64,000 bases of DNA from Candidatus Caldarchaeum sp. (GCA_038740895.1 JAVYLK010000003.1:19820-83819); one strand, 5' to 3'; shown: positions 26,830 to 35,902, numbered from the stretch's first letter. Notes: generated by a model from the letters alone, not told the origin. Program-made: numbers and translations.

Positions 26830-29097
26830 TCATCGACTACGAGCATTTAAAACCGACCAAACTCTGAAGGGGGTTAAAGGTGTTTCGTCGACCGGTTTTC
26901 CGATAGCATCCTCGACTGCGTTGACGATGGCCTGCGTGAGCCCGATAGTAGACGCCTCGCCCACGCCCTTCGCCTTCAGCGGGTTTCTGGCAGGAGTTAC
27001 CGTTCTTTCAGCCACTATTTCCGGAATCTCGACTGAAGTGGGCATCAAGTAGTCTGCGAAGCTCGAGACCAGAGGAGACCCGTCCTCGCCGAACTCGAGG
27101 CTTTCATAAAGAGCCTGGCCTATGGCCTGCGCAGCCCCTCCGACCACCTGCCCCTCGACAAGCAAGGGGTTGACGACCTCTCCGCAGTCGTTGACCATCA
27201 CAACCCTGCGTAGTAAGACTCTGCCCGTCTCCGGGTCTACTTCTACGATTGCGAGGTGCGCTCCGAACGGGTAGGTTAGCTCTGGGACGTAGTGTTCCAG
27301 CGCCTCAAGCCCCGGCTCCATGTTTTCAGGAAGGCTGTCGGGGTCGTAAGCAGCCTCGGCAACATCCTTGACGTATACTTTCCTGCTAGGGTCGTCCTTC
27401 ACCATGAACGCTCCTCCTTCAAAAATAAGGTCTTCAGAACGGCACTCCAGCATGTGGGCGGCTATACGGGTCATCTTCTCACGCACTCTCATGCAGGCCT
27501 TGAGGACAGCGTTTCCGCCCGACGGAAGAGTCCAGCTTCCCGCCGTGCCGCTGCCTGGAGGGCCTAACGCTGTGTCGCTGTGCACGACCGTTATCCTTTC
27601 GACTGGCACTCCCAGCGTGTCAGACACAATCTGGGCGAAGGCTGTTTCGTCTCCTTGCCCGTGCGGCGACGTTCCGCTGTAAACGTGCACGGATCCGTCA
27701 GGCTCGACTCTCACGTAGGCTGGTTGTTGTAGGAAGTTGCAGACCTCGACGTAAGTTGAGATGCCTATCCCTAGGTAGCGACCCGTAGACCGCATCAAAC
27801 GCTGCTGCTTTCTCAGCTCGCCATAGTTCGAGATGTTTAGAAGTTTGTCTAAGGCCTTTTCGTAGTCTCCCGTGTCGTATGTAGAGCCGACTCCGTTGTT
27901 GTACGGGAAATCCTCCGGCTTGATGAAGTTAGTTTTTCTGACCTCCGCAGGGTCCAGGCCTAGTTTAGACGCCAGCCTGTCGACGGCCCTTTCTATAAAG
28001 TAAGATGCTTCAGGCCTTCCAGCACCCCTGTACGGCGCAACTGGAGTTTTGTTGGTGTAGACACCCAACGCCTTGACCAGCACGTTTCTTATCTTGTAGC
28101 AGCCGGTCATCATTCTCAAGACACTCGACGACATGTTTCTCGAATAGATGTAGGAATATGCTCCCATGTCAGCCGTGGTCTCAGCCTTCAGCCCTAGTAT
28201 CCTGCCATCACGGGAGGCAGCTATCTCAATCCTGCCCTGCATACTCCGACCATGGCTTGTTGCCGTGAAGTTCTCCGTCCTCGTCTCAAACCAAGCCACG
28301 GGTCTGCGGAGTTTTTTAGAGAGAATCGACGCTAGCAAGTCCTCGGGGTAGATGTTCAGCTTCGAGCCAAAGCCTCCGCCGACATCAGGCGCAATCACTC
28401 TTACAGAGTTCTGGCCGACGCCGAGCTTGTAGGCGATGAACTCTCTTACCTTGTGAGGGTTCTGTGATGAGACGTAGAGTGTGTAGAAGTCGGTTGAGGG
28501 GTTGTATGAAGCCACAACACCCCTCGTTTCCATCGAGGCAGGCGCGAGCCTCTGTATCTTAAAACTAGCCGAGACCACTTCATCGGCTTTTCTGAAAGCT
28601 TCGTCGACGTCGCCGACCTGCCTGGACATTCTAAAGTAGATGTTGGAGCTTAAATGGTCGTGGATTAGGGGAGCGCCGGGGGATAAGGCTTCTTCGGGAG
28701 TCATAACCGCTTTCAACGGCTCGTAAACAACCTCCACTTCCTCGGCCGCGTCAACCCCTCTTGCGTATGACTCGGACACGACGACGGCAACAGGCTCGCC
28801 GACGTATCTTGCCTTCCGGTCGGCTAGAATTTTTTGATGAACCGGGTAGGCGTTCTCCGTTGCTTCCTCGGCATCAATCTCGATAGGCTCAAAGTCTCTG
28901 TGGGTGTACGCCGCCAAAACACCATGCTTGACGGCCTTGCTTACGTCAACTTCCTTTATCCATGCGTGGGCGTACCTGCTTCTGACTACGTGCATGTAAA
29001 CCATGCCCGGCAGTTTAAGGTCCGAGACATAAGTTGCCAGGCCTTGGAGAAACTTCCTGTCGTTAATTCTTTTCAGAGGCTTTCCAACCAGCATCAA
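26830..29097 (-). CDS. molybdopterin-dependent hydroxylase large subunit, form-II CoxL-like (AYRGAGR), paralog 3
   Basis: 755 aa; active-site loop VAPYRGAGRPE is the form II (putative, non-CO) CoxL signature; first gene of the L-S-M-L operon. Confidence 0.8.
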   Translation of the reverse strand: MMLVGKPLKRINDRKFLQGLATYVSDLKLPGMVYMHVVRSRYAHAWIKEVDVSKAVKHGVLAAYTHRDFEPIEIDAEEATENAYPVHQKILADRKARYVGEPVAVVVSESYARGVDAAEEVEVVYEPLKAVMTPEEALSPGAPLIHDHLSSNIYFRMSRQVGDVDEAFRKADEVVSASFKIQRLAPASMETRGVVASYNPSTDFYTLYVSSQNPHKVREFIAYKLGVGQNSVRVIAPDVGGGFGSKLNIYPEDLLASILSKKLRRPVAWFETRTENFTATSHGRSMQGRIEIAASRDGRILGLKAETTADMGAYSYIYSRNMSSSVLRMMTGCYKIRNVLVKALGVYTNKTPVAPYRGAGRPEASYFIERAVDRLASKLGLDPAEVRKTNFIKPEDFPYNNGVGSTYDTGDYEKALDKLLNISNYGELRKQQRLMRSTGRYLGIGISTYVEVCNFLQQPAYVRVEPDGSVHVYSGTSPHGQGDETAFAQIVSDTLGVPVERITVVHSDTALGPPGSGTAGSWTLPSGGNAVLKACMRVREKMTRIAAHMLECRSEDLIFEGGAFMVKDDPSRKVYVKDVAEAAYDPDSLPENMEPGLEALEHYVPELTYPFGAHLAIVEVDPETGRVLLRRVVMVNDCGEVVNPLLVEGQVVGGAAQAIGQALYESLEFGEDGSPLVSSFADYLMPTSVEIPEIVAERTVTPARNPLKAKGVGEASTIGLTQAIVNAVEDAIGKPVDETPLTPFRVWSVLNARSR

Positions 29098-29128
29098 CTA
29101 AAGCTGGTTAGGCATGTTAAAAAACATG

Positions 29129-29689
29129 TCATCCACCAGGCTTGCGTGCGAACTCTGCCGCCTCCGCCTCAACAGGCTTGCTGAACAGTCTTCTGCAGAA
29201 CTCGATGTTGCTCAGAGCTATGACCGCCGAGTCCACCACCTCTGGACAATGGTCTTCCAACGCCTTGATCAAATCATCCCAGCAGTCGGCCCTGCCTATA
29301 ACTCCCAAGGCTATAGCCGATTCGTGGCGTACAATTGGATGCGGGTCGTGCTTCATCGACTCCACCAAGTAGGGTATGGCTTCCCTGAAGCCAAGCTGGC
29401 CTAGGCTGTAGGCAGCTTCGTGCCTGACGATAGGGTTTTCGTCGTGAAGCAGGACATCAGCAAGCTCTTCGATGAAACCCCTTCCTCCCAGCTCTGCTAA
29501 AATACATGTTGCTCTAGCCCGAACCGTGAAGTCTTCATGCTTGAGAAGAGTTTTGAAGAACTCCGCATCCCTCGCCCTATACCTCTCTTCCATCTGGAAG
29601 AATAGGCCTATCCTCTCCTCCGGTATTTTCACAGGGAACCCGCTCAAAAACACTTGATAAAAAGCTTGCGTCGTGAAGAGGATAAACAT
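29129..29689 (-). CDS. HEAT-repeat (PBS-lyase type) protein with two His-Glu dyads; half-size deoxyhypusine-hydroxylase-like
   Basis: 186 aa; repeats PIVRHEAAYSLGQLG and PIVRHESAIALGVIG resemble the DOHH iron-ligand motif RHE(A/V)AY.LGQ, plus two degenerate HEAT repeats. Confidence 0.6.
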   Translation of the reverse strand: MFILFTTQAFYQVFLSGFPVKIPEERIGLFFQMEERYRARDAEFFKTLLKHEDFTVRARATCILAELGGRGFIEELADVLLHDENPIVRHEAAYSLGQLGFREAIPYLVESMKHDPHPIVRHESAIALGVIGRADCWDDLIKALEDHCPEVVDSAVIALSNIEFCRRLFSKPVEAEAAEFARKPGG

Positions 29690-29700
29690 ATTTAAAAAAA
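29688..29700. promoter_or_regulatory. AT-rich TATA element (catatttaaaaaaag) between the divergent HEAT and MoaD-like genes
   Basis: About 25 bp upstream of the TTG start at 29719 on the plus strand; abuts the minus-strand ATG at 29689. Confidence 0.3.
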
Positions 29701-29718
29701 GACACTAATCAAGACACG

Positions 29719-30006
29719 TTGAGGGTTGAGTTGTTCGGGCCTCTAAGGTCCGCCGCGGGGTTGAGGGAGTTGAGTCTGAAGGTTGAGGGGAGGTTGAGGC
29801 TTAGGGAGGTTCTCGGTCTTCTGGACGAGAGAGTTAGACGGCATGTCGTCGACGACCATGGGAACCCTCAGCCGGGTGTGCTCATCCTCGTAAACGGCGC
29901 CGACGTTCGTTATATGTCCTGGCTTGACACGGAGATTGGAGACGAGGACGTTCTCAGCCTGATACCTTCAATACATGGTGGTTGGGATGCGTGTAGTTCA
30001 CGCTAG
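29719..30006 (+). CDS. MoaD/ThiS-family ubiquitin-like sulfur-carrier or SAMP-like protein, with a C-terminal extension past the Gly-Gly
   Basis: Beta-grasp pattern VLILVNGADVRY...DTEIGDEDVLSLIPSIHGG followed by WDACSSR before the stop; TTG start. Confidence 0.55.
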   Translation: MRVELFGPLRSAAGLRELSLKVEGRLRLREVLGLLDERVRRHVVDDHGNPQPGVLILVNGADVRYMSWLDTEIGDEDVLSLIPSIHGGWDACSSR

Positions 30007-30520
30007 GGGGTTTTACTGCGCTGCCGGGGTCTTGGAGCTGATCAACACCTCCCCAGCCGAGCTCGTGGAGAAAGTTCTGAGGTCATTCGAAAACACGCAG
30101 CTTATAGACCCAGATGTTATTCTGGACTGGGATGTCTTCGACGCAGCTTTTCTCAACGCCGTAATCGTTCACGGAACGCCCTATCAGAGAGCCAAGTCGG
30201 TTTCAAACGAGGTTTTGCTGAAGCTTGCGGCCACGACTCAGCTGGATGAAGCCATTCGACGGGTAGGGCTCAAGGACACGAGTAAAAGAGCTGTCCTCTT
30301 CACGATAAGCAGAAGCGAGACTCAAGCCGTGCAGACGGCCTTGAAAGTTGCTGAACTGGCGGGAAGGCTTCTGGACCTTCCTTCTGATGAGGGGAAGACA
30401 GAGCTGCTGATGGTCTTCTACGGCATAGAGGAGAAGCAGCTGAGCGCCGTGCAGGCTGAGAACAGGGAGAAAGCCGTCAAGATGATGATTATGCAGAGGA
30501 TGGCGGAAACCCTCCTCTAG
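29975..30520 (+). CDS. KEOPS complex subunit Cgi121-like
   Basis: About 180 aa; AKSVSNEVLLKLAATTQLDEAIRRVGLKD resembles the archaeal Cgi121 core; convergent with and adjacent to Sua5. Start overlaps the GG codons of the MoaD-like gene; an alternative ATG lies at 29987. Confidence 0.5.
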   Translation: MVVGMRVVHARGFYCAAGVLELINTSPAELVEKVLRSFENTQLIDPDVILDWDVFDAAFLNAVIVHGTPYQRAKSVSNEVLLKLAATTQLDEAIRRVGLKDTSKRAVLFTISRSETQAVQTALKVAELAGRLLDLPSDEGKTELLMVFYGIEEKQLSAVQAENREKAVKMMIMQRMAETLL

Positions 30521-31128
30521 CTCTCAAGCCTCGAGCGGATCTCTTCAAGGCTCCAAGCACCCTCCCTCACGACCCTGACCTCTCCATCAACAAGCTCAAT
30601 CACTGTTGAAGGTTTTCCGTAAAGTGTCCGGCCGCCGTCAACCACGCAGTCAACCAGTTTGATTATCTCGGGCTCGACCAAGCCCAGAGACGTCGCTGCA
30701 GGCTTTCCGGAGATGTTGGCGCTTGTTCCGAGTAGTGGGGTGTTGGACTTCTGGATCAACGTCAATGCTACGGCGTTCGCCGGCATCCTCACCCCGACCG
30801 TGGGTTTCCCCGCCGTCACAACGGGAGGAAGCTGAGGCGCCTTCTCCATGATGATAGTGACTGGGCCGGGCCAAAGCCTATAGCAAGCTTCCACCTCATG
30901 CTCGTTGGGCCTAGCCACTTCGTCCAGCTGGTCGAAGTCTGAGACCAAGACCGGCGACGGCTTTTCTTCACGCCGCTTAATCGTCTTCACCCTCTCAACG
31001 GCTTCGGCGTCAAAGACCCTGCATCCAATCCCGTACACGGTCTCGGTGGGGTAGACAACCACGCCCCCCCTCGCCACCGCCTCTGCGGCTTTAGCTACCG
31101 CCTTATGGAGCTTTAGCCTCAACTTCAT
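30517..31128 (-). CDS. tsaC: L-threonylcarbamoyladenylate synthase (Sua5/YrdC/TsaC family)
   Basis: 203 aa YrdC-like domain: VVVYPTETVYGIGC and later SANISGKP motifs. Confidence 0.8.
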   Translation of the reverse strand: MKLRLKLHKAVAKAAEAVARGGVVVYPTETVYGIGCRVFDAEAVERVKTIKRREEKPSPVLVSDFDQLDEVARPNEHEVEACYRLWPGPVTIIMEKAPQLPPVVTAGKPTVGVRMPANAVALTLIQKSNTPLLGTSANISGKPAATSLGLVEPEIIKLVDCVVDGGRTLYGKPSTVIELVDGEVRVVREGAWSLEEIRSRLES

Positions 31129-31453
31129 GCCTCACGACTACGATCTTCGACAAATGGTTCATATGGCACGGCGGGCCGTCCTCAAGCCAGCTGTAGTAGG
31201 GGTACAGGCACGGGCCTGAAGGCCCCACATGCATGCACTTAACCTTCACACCTTTAGCCATGCGTGTGTACGTGCTTACGCCGCAGAAGGGGCATGGAGA
31301 TTCACCGGCCCTCAGGTAGACATGGCTTTCCTTGTCGTTGCCGCACGCAACCCACGTCCCCAACTCATGGCCCTTCGAACACCGGGCTATCTCCATTCTC
31401 AGAAGCACGTAGGCAACCGATTCACCGCAAACCCGGCACGACACCATAAGCAA
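31103..31453 (-). CDS. Cys-rich zinc-ribbon protein (hypothetical)
   Basis: 116 aa with CRVCG...C..GHE...CPFCG...C pattern; overlaps the Sua5 start by 26 nt. Confidence 0.35.
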   Translation of the reverse strand: MLMVSCRVCGESVAYVLLRMEIARCSKGHELGTWVACGNDKESHVYLRAGESPCPFCGVSTYTRMAKGVKVKCMHVGPSGPCLYPYYSWLEDGPPCHMNHLSKIVVVRHEVEAKAP

Positions 31454-31456
31454 TCA

Positions 31457-32380
31457 CTACCTTCCGCCGTACACGGGGGTAAGCCATCTACGGTACTCCG
31501 GCTCCAGCCCTCTCACGGTCCTAAAGTACTTCTCCATCAGCTGCTTGGTGACGGGCCCGGGGGAGCCGTCCCCAATAGTTCGGCCGTCAACCTCCAGCAC
31601 GGGTAGAATCTCCACAGCTGTCCCCGTGAAGAAAAGCTCGTCGGCGGTGTACAGCTCCGTCCTAGTGATGGCTCTTTCCACGACCTTGTAGCCCATGTCG
31701 CCGGCCAGAGTTATGACCGAGTCTCTAGTTATACCCTCTAGGATTGCTGAAGTTTTCGCAGGCGTGTGGACGACCCCGTCCTTGATTAGGAAAACATTCT
31801 CACCAGCTCCCTCACTCACGAACCCTGACTGGTCGAGTAGAATAGCTTCGTCGTAGCCTGCTTTCTTGGCTTCGGTCGAGGCTAGGATCGAGTTGAGGTA
31901 GTTGGCAGAAGCCTTTGCTCTAGGCGGCATCGAGGTGTCGGGAAGCCTCCTCCAGGAAGAGATGCAGACTCTCAGTCCTTGCTTCGAGAAGAATTTTTCA
32001 AACTGAAACACCACAACGAAGGCGTGGACGGGGAGGTCGGAGGCGTTCAAAGACATCAGGTTCTCGCCTGCGTAAATGACGGGCCTTATGTAGATGTTTG
32101 ACCTGAAGCCGTTTTCCTTGACTGTTCGGATGACCGCTTGCTCCAACTGTTCGACCGTGAAGGGGTTGTTGAGCATTATGATTTTCGCGGAGTCGACAAG
32201 CCTCTTTATATGCTCCCTCAGCCTGAACACGTAAACTTCGTCGTCGTGGTAGTATCCCCTGATTCCCTCGAAGACCGCTGAGCCATAGTGTAGGGCGTTG
32301 ACCGAGACGTGTATCTTCGCCTGCTCCCACGGGACAAGCTCACCATCCATCCAAACAGCCTTCAAACCGACCATCAACAT
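31457..32380 (-). CDS. ilvE: branched-chain amino acid aminotransferase (PLP fold type IV)
   Basis: 307 aa; N-terminal WMDGELVPWEQAKIHV and class IV aminotransferase core with ..EGIRGY.. Confidence 0.8.
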   Translation of the reverse strand: MLMVGLKAVWMDGELVPWEQAKIHVSVNALHYGSAVFEGIRGYYHDDEVYVFRLREHIKRLVDSAKIIMLNNPFTVEQLEQAVIRTVKENGFRSNIYIRPVIYAGENLMSLNASDLPVHAFVVVFQFEKFFSKQGLRVCISSWRRLPDTSMPPRAKASANYLNSILASTEAKKAGYDEAILLDQSGFVSEGAGENVFLIKDGVVHTPAKTSAILEGITRDSVITLAGDMGYKVVERAITRTELYTADELFFTGTAVEILPVLEVDGRTIGDGSPGPVTKQLMEKYFRTVRGLEPEYRRWLTPVYGGR

Positions 32381-32408
32381 TCGAAGCCTATTTTTAACGA
32401 TTTAGGGC

Positions 32409-33050
32409 CTAGACCGCCATCAAAACATGCTCGAGAAAATGCGGCTCCGGCAGAGCTCCTTCAAACATCACCCTGTCGTTGATTACAACCTTAGGGACGG
32501 CCATCACGTCGTACTTGTTGGCCAAGTGGGGGAACTCTATGGCTTCGACCATGTCTGCGGTGATGAGCATGTTCTCCAAAGCCATCTGGTGAGCCGTCCT
32601 TACGGCCCTTGGACAGTAAGGGCATGTTGGGGTCACGAAGACTTGTATGTGCACCGGGGTGTTTATCCTTTTCAGCCTTTCGACTGTGGAGGGTGAGAGC
32701 CTCGACTTCCCCCTGCTAACGTCGTTCAAATCTTCCAGCAGGGCTGCGAACTCGTACCCAGCCGGCAGGCCGAAGTATCTTACGCCGAACTCCTTCTCCC
32801 CGTGAAGAAGGAGAGCGGGGATCTTGTCCACCCGCCACTTTTCAGCTGCTTGCTTATCCTTCTCAAACTCGTAGGTCTCGAGCCTTATCTTTCCGTTGGC
32901 AAGCTCCGCCAGCTCCTCGGCCAGCTCCCTCAAATCCCTGCAGTACTGGCATTCGAACTCCTGAGTGAAAACCCTCATGATAACTTCCGAAGACATGCCG
33001 CTGAGCTTGCTCCTTACCGCCCTGCGGTCGTTCTCGTTCAGAATCGGCAT
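32409..33050 (-). CDS. protein disulfide oxidoreductase (two thioredoxin-fold units)
   Basis: 213 aa with two CxxC sites, CQYC and CPYC, as in archaeal PDO. TATA tatatttata lies 18-28 nt upstream of the ATG on the minus strand. Confidence 0.75.
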   Translation of the reverse strand: MPILNENDRRAVRSKLSGMSSEVIMRVFTQEFECQYCRDLRELAEELAELANGKIRLETYEFEKDKQAAEKWRVDKIPALLLHGEKEFGVRYFGLPAGYEFAALLEDLNDVSRGKSRLSPSTVERLKRINTPVHIQVFVTPTCPYCPRAVRTAHQMALENMLITADMVEAIEFPHLANKYDVMAVPKVVINDRVMFEGALPEPHFLEHVLMAV

Positions 33051-33119
33051 GAAAACATTGGTCTCTGCCTATAAATATACTTTGGGAAAAGGTAATTAGT
33101 CATGGTTTGGCAAACGTAG

Positions 33120-33599
33120 ATGCTTATGGATTCCAGACTCGTTTTGGCGGTGGTTGTTCTCGCTTTTTCAGCCGGTCTCGGCGCATTCCTGCTCATAAGC
33201 GGCACTAGCCCTCCTCAACAAACGTCTACGGACGTTGCGCAGAGGACTACGGCTACGGCTGGGCCTAGGGTTGTGGAGCTGACGCTCTACCTCAACGACT
33301 ATGGGTACAACGCCTCCCGTGGAGGGCCCACCATCAGAGCATTCGTCGGCGACACGATACGTTTGAGGCTTGTGGGCAACGGCTCGGGCCCGGTCGTGCA
33401 CGACTTCGTCCTCGACGACAAGAGCCCGTCACCCTACAGCGTCAAGTCAGAAAGGCTGAGGAGGGGGCAGGTACAGGTTATCGAGTTCACGGCTTCGTTT
33501 CCGGGGAGCTTCAAGTACTACTGCAGCGTAGCTCCGTTCGCAGGGCCCAGCCACAGGGACAGGGGTCAAGAAGGAGTTATTGAGATTCTTCAGAAGTGA
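33120..33599 (+). CDS. secreted cupredoxin-like protein (putative, atypical copper site)
   Basis: N-terminal TM/signal; C-terminal FKYYCSV...H resembles the type-1 Cu Y.YxC motif but with unusual Cys-His spacing. Confidence 0.35.
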   Translation: MLMDSRLVLAVVVLAFSAGLGAFLLISGTSPPQQTSTDVAQRTTATAGPRVVELTLYLNDYGYNASRGGPTIRAFVGDTIRLRLVGNGSGPVVHDFVLDDKSPSPYSVKSERLRRGQVQVIEFTASFPGSFKYYCSVAPFAGPSHRDRGQEGVIEILQK

Positions 33600-33970
33600 G
33601 CAAGGTGAGGTACGTCTACGTCGCCCTTGCCTTGTTGTCCTCTATTCTGTTTAGTTTGGTTTTGCTGATCACCGACGCTGAGCTGTGGACCGTTGCTCCA
33701 ACTCACGCATACGGGTTGATTGTGTTCACGTTCCTAGACGTCGTCCTTCTAGCAGCCGCGCTTGCTGGGTGGCGGAGGACAGCCGACGTCGGGGTGTTCT
33801 GGGGTGTTGGGAAGCTGGCTGTGTTCCTAGGAGACATACTCACCGCACCAGAGTTCGGCATCACCTACGCCGAGTTCGCAGCCTACCTGTTCAGCCTCTG
33901 GGCCTACGACGGTCTGCTGGCTTCTCAAGCAGCCATATCGGTGGCGTCATACATCCAGAAGAAACGCTAG
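33596..33970 (+). CDS. hypothetical membrane protein
   Basis: 124 aa, 3-4 predicted TM helices, translationally coupled (ATGA) to the preceding gene. Confidence 0.35.
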   Translation: MSKVRYVYVALALLSSILFSLVLLITDAELWTVAPTHAYGLIVFTFLDVVLLAAALAGWRRTADVGVFWGVGKLAVFLGDILTAPEFGITYAEFAAYLFSLWAYDGLLASQAAISVASYIQKKR

Positions 33971-35160
33971 GCACTTCCCGATATTTCCTCGGCGAAGACG
34001 TTTGTCCCGTCGTTCAGGCTTATGCCTAGCTCCTTGAACGTATCCCTCAAGGCTGTTAGCGTCGGGATGATGTACCTAGAGCTGGCTGTCACGCACATGT
34101 GGCCGACTCGGATAATCTTACCGCTCAGTGAAGAAATACCCGCCCCTATCATTATTCTATGCTTCCGCAGCATTATTTGGTTTATCTTTCCACTATCCTT
34201 CCACACGGCGCTCGGCAACGCAACAGCGGTGACGGTGGGCGAGGCGGTTTCCTCAGCCGGGAATGTCTCCAGACCCATAGCCCTAATCGCTTTCCTGAAG
34301 GCAGCCCCGACCCGGGCATGACGCCTGTACCTTTCGTCAAGCCCTTCGTCGAGCGCCGCCCTAGCAGCGGCCCTGAAGCATAGGACGGCGTGGGGGCTTA
34401 TCGTCGTGGGATATGGATGGCCTATGCCCTTCCACTGGTCCATGTAGTACCTCCATATTCCTAGGTTTGTGAAGAAGGACCGGGGCTTTGTCTTCCTTTT
34501 AGAGAAAGCTTCCCAAGCCTTCTCGCTGACAGCCACGGGCACCGTTCCCGGTATGCTTCCCAGACATTTGTTAGCGTAGCCGACGCAGTAGTCGAGACCC
34601 CAGCCGTCAAAGTCAAGCTCCACACCTCCGTATGAAGATATTGCGTCAAGCAGGAAGAGACAACCCCTTTCATCGGATATTTTTGAATATTCCTGGACAG
34701 GGTTGAGCACGCCTGTTGAAGTCTCGTTCTGGACGGCCAGGACGGCCTTAGCATCTCGATGAGCCTTCAGAACCTCCTCCAGTTTATTTGGACTCACAAC
34801 ACCTCCGTCCTCAGCCAAGACCCTCACAACATCTGCACCCACGAGCTCAGCGACCTCGGCAAGCCTCTGCCCGAAATAACCGTTGACGACCGCCACCGCC
34901 TTCTCCCCCGGCTCGAGCAAACTCGCTACGCCGGTCTCGAGCGCCACCGTCCCAGGAGCCGGCATCATGAACACTTCTGCCTTTGTCTTGAAGATCGAGG
35001 CCGCGAGCTTGACAGCGTCCTCGTAGACAGGAGCCCAGTCGGGACCGTAGTGGGCGACTATAGGCGTGGCGAGAACTTTCATCACTTCGGGGTGGAGCTC
35101 GGACGGCCCCGGTATCATCAGTATTGTTCTATCGCCAAACAAGTTTGGGTTGACCGCCAT
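33967..35160 (-). CDS. class V aminotransferase (alanine-glyoxylate / serine-pyruvate aminotransferase family)
   Basis: 397 aa PLP fold type I; N-terminus LMIPGPSELHPEVM is typical of the AGXT family; its last bases overlap the preceding gene by 4 nt. Confidence 0.75.
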   Translation of the reverse strand: MAVNPNLFGDRTILMIPGPSELHPEVMKVLATPIVAHYGPDWAPVYEDAVKLAASIFKTKAEVFMMPAPGTVALETGVASLLEPGEKAVAVVNGYFGQRLAEVAELVGADVVRVLAEDGGVVSPNKLEEVLKAHRDAKAVLAVQNETSTGVLNPVQEYSKISDERGCLFLLDAISSYGGVELDFDGWGLDYCVGYANKCLGSIPGTVPVAVSEKAWEAFSKRKTKPRSFFTNLGIWRYYMDQWKGIGHPYPTTISPHAVLCFRAAARAALDEGLDERYRRHARVGAAFRKAIRAMGLETFPAEETASPTVTAVALPSAVWKDSGKINQIMLRKHRIMIGAGISSLSGKIIRVGHMCVTASSRYIIPTLTALRDTFKELGISLNDGTNVFAEEISGSA

Positions 35161-35205
35161 GCCTCCACCCTTGAACGCTGGTTTAAATATGTTGTAGGAT
35201 TAGTG

Positions 35206-35490
35206 TTAGGCGTTGAGCCTTAAATTGACGAGGTCCGCCAGAACGTGGTTCCTCACTTCCACGATGACTCTCTTTACGCCCTCACATTTGCTTGCCAGCG
35301 CCTTCGCGGCTTCAGCGAAGGTTAAGACCCTAGGCGAGTAAGGGTCTCTGCAGACGTACAGAATCAGCACCACGCCGTCGCCCAAGTCCTTCACCTCCAC
35401 CGACGATTCGAGAAATAGGGCCGGAGCTCCGGAAACTGGGTCCCTGAGCTTCTTCAAACATTCGACCACTTTCTCGGCTAGCTCGGTCAT
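35206..35490 (-). CDS. DUF59/MIP18-like Fe-S cluster assembly domain protein (putative)
   Basis: 94 aa; pattern L..LRDP......L.....V.D..DG.V.I......P.....L.......L....GVKRV.VEV matches the DUF59 topology. Confidence 0.4.
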   Translation of the reverse strand: MTELAEKVVECLKKLRDPVSGAPALFLESSVEVKDLGDGVVLILYVCRDPYSPRVLTFAEAAKALASKCEGVKRVIVEVRNHVLADLVNLRLNA

Positions 35491-35550
35491 CCAGAAGTTT
35501 TCGCAGCCTCCCTAAAATAAGGTTATAATCAACCGCTCAAAATCTAAGCC

Positions 35551-35886
35551 GTGGCCACTAAGGTTGAGGAAGTTGTTGAGCTGTTGAAGAAGGTCGAGGA
35601 GAAGCTGGACGAGCTTCAGGAAACGGCCAACGTTTACCGGAGGGAGTTGTTGGAGACGGCGTCGAGGGAGGCTGAGAAGCTCAAGACAAGGCTGTTGGAG
35701 GAGGCTAGAGCGAGGGAAGAGAGCCTTCTGTCTGAAGAGGTTAAGAAATCTGAGGAGAGAGCGAATGAGATTATCGCCAGAGGGTCTTCGGAGGCGGACC
35801 GTGTGAGGAGGAGGGCGGAGGATCTCAGGCAGAAGGCTGAGGAAATGGTTCTGAAGTCCGTCCTGTCGGGCAGGATAACATTATAG
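35551..35886 (+). CDS. A-type ATP synthase subunit H-like coiled-coil protein
   Basis: 111 aa, almost entirely E/K/R/A/L heptads; GTG start; immediately upstream of atpC. Confidence 0.35.
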   Translation: MATKVEEVVELLKKVEEKLDELQETANVYRRELLETASREAEKLKTRLLEEARAREESLLSEEVKKSEERANEIIARGSSEADRVRRRAEDLRQKAEEMVLKSVLSGRITL

Positions 35887-35902
35887 ACCAGCTTCGAGGA
35901 GT

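Noticed and set aside
33120-33599. Calling the secreted protein a bona fide blue-copper (type 1) cupredoxin
   Set aside because: The YYC motif is present but the Cys-to-His spacing (10 residues) and the lack of a clear Met ligand do not fit classic plastocyanin or azurin sites. Downgraded to cupredoxin-like.
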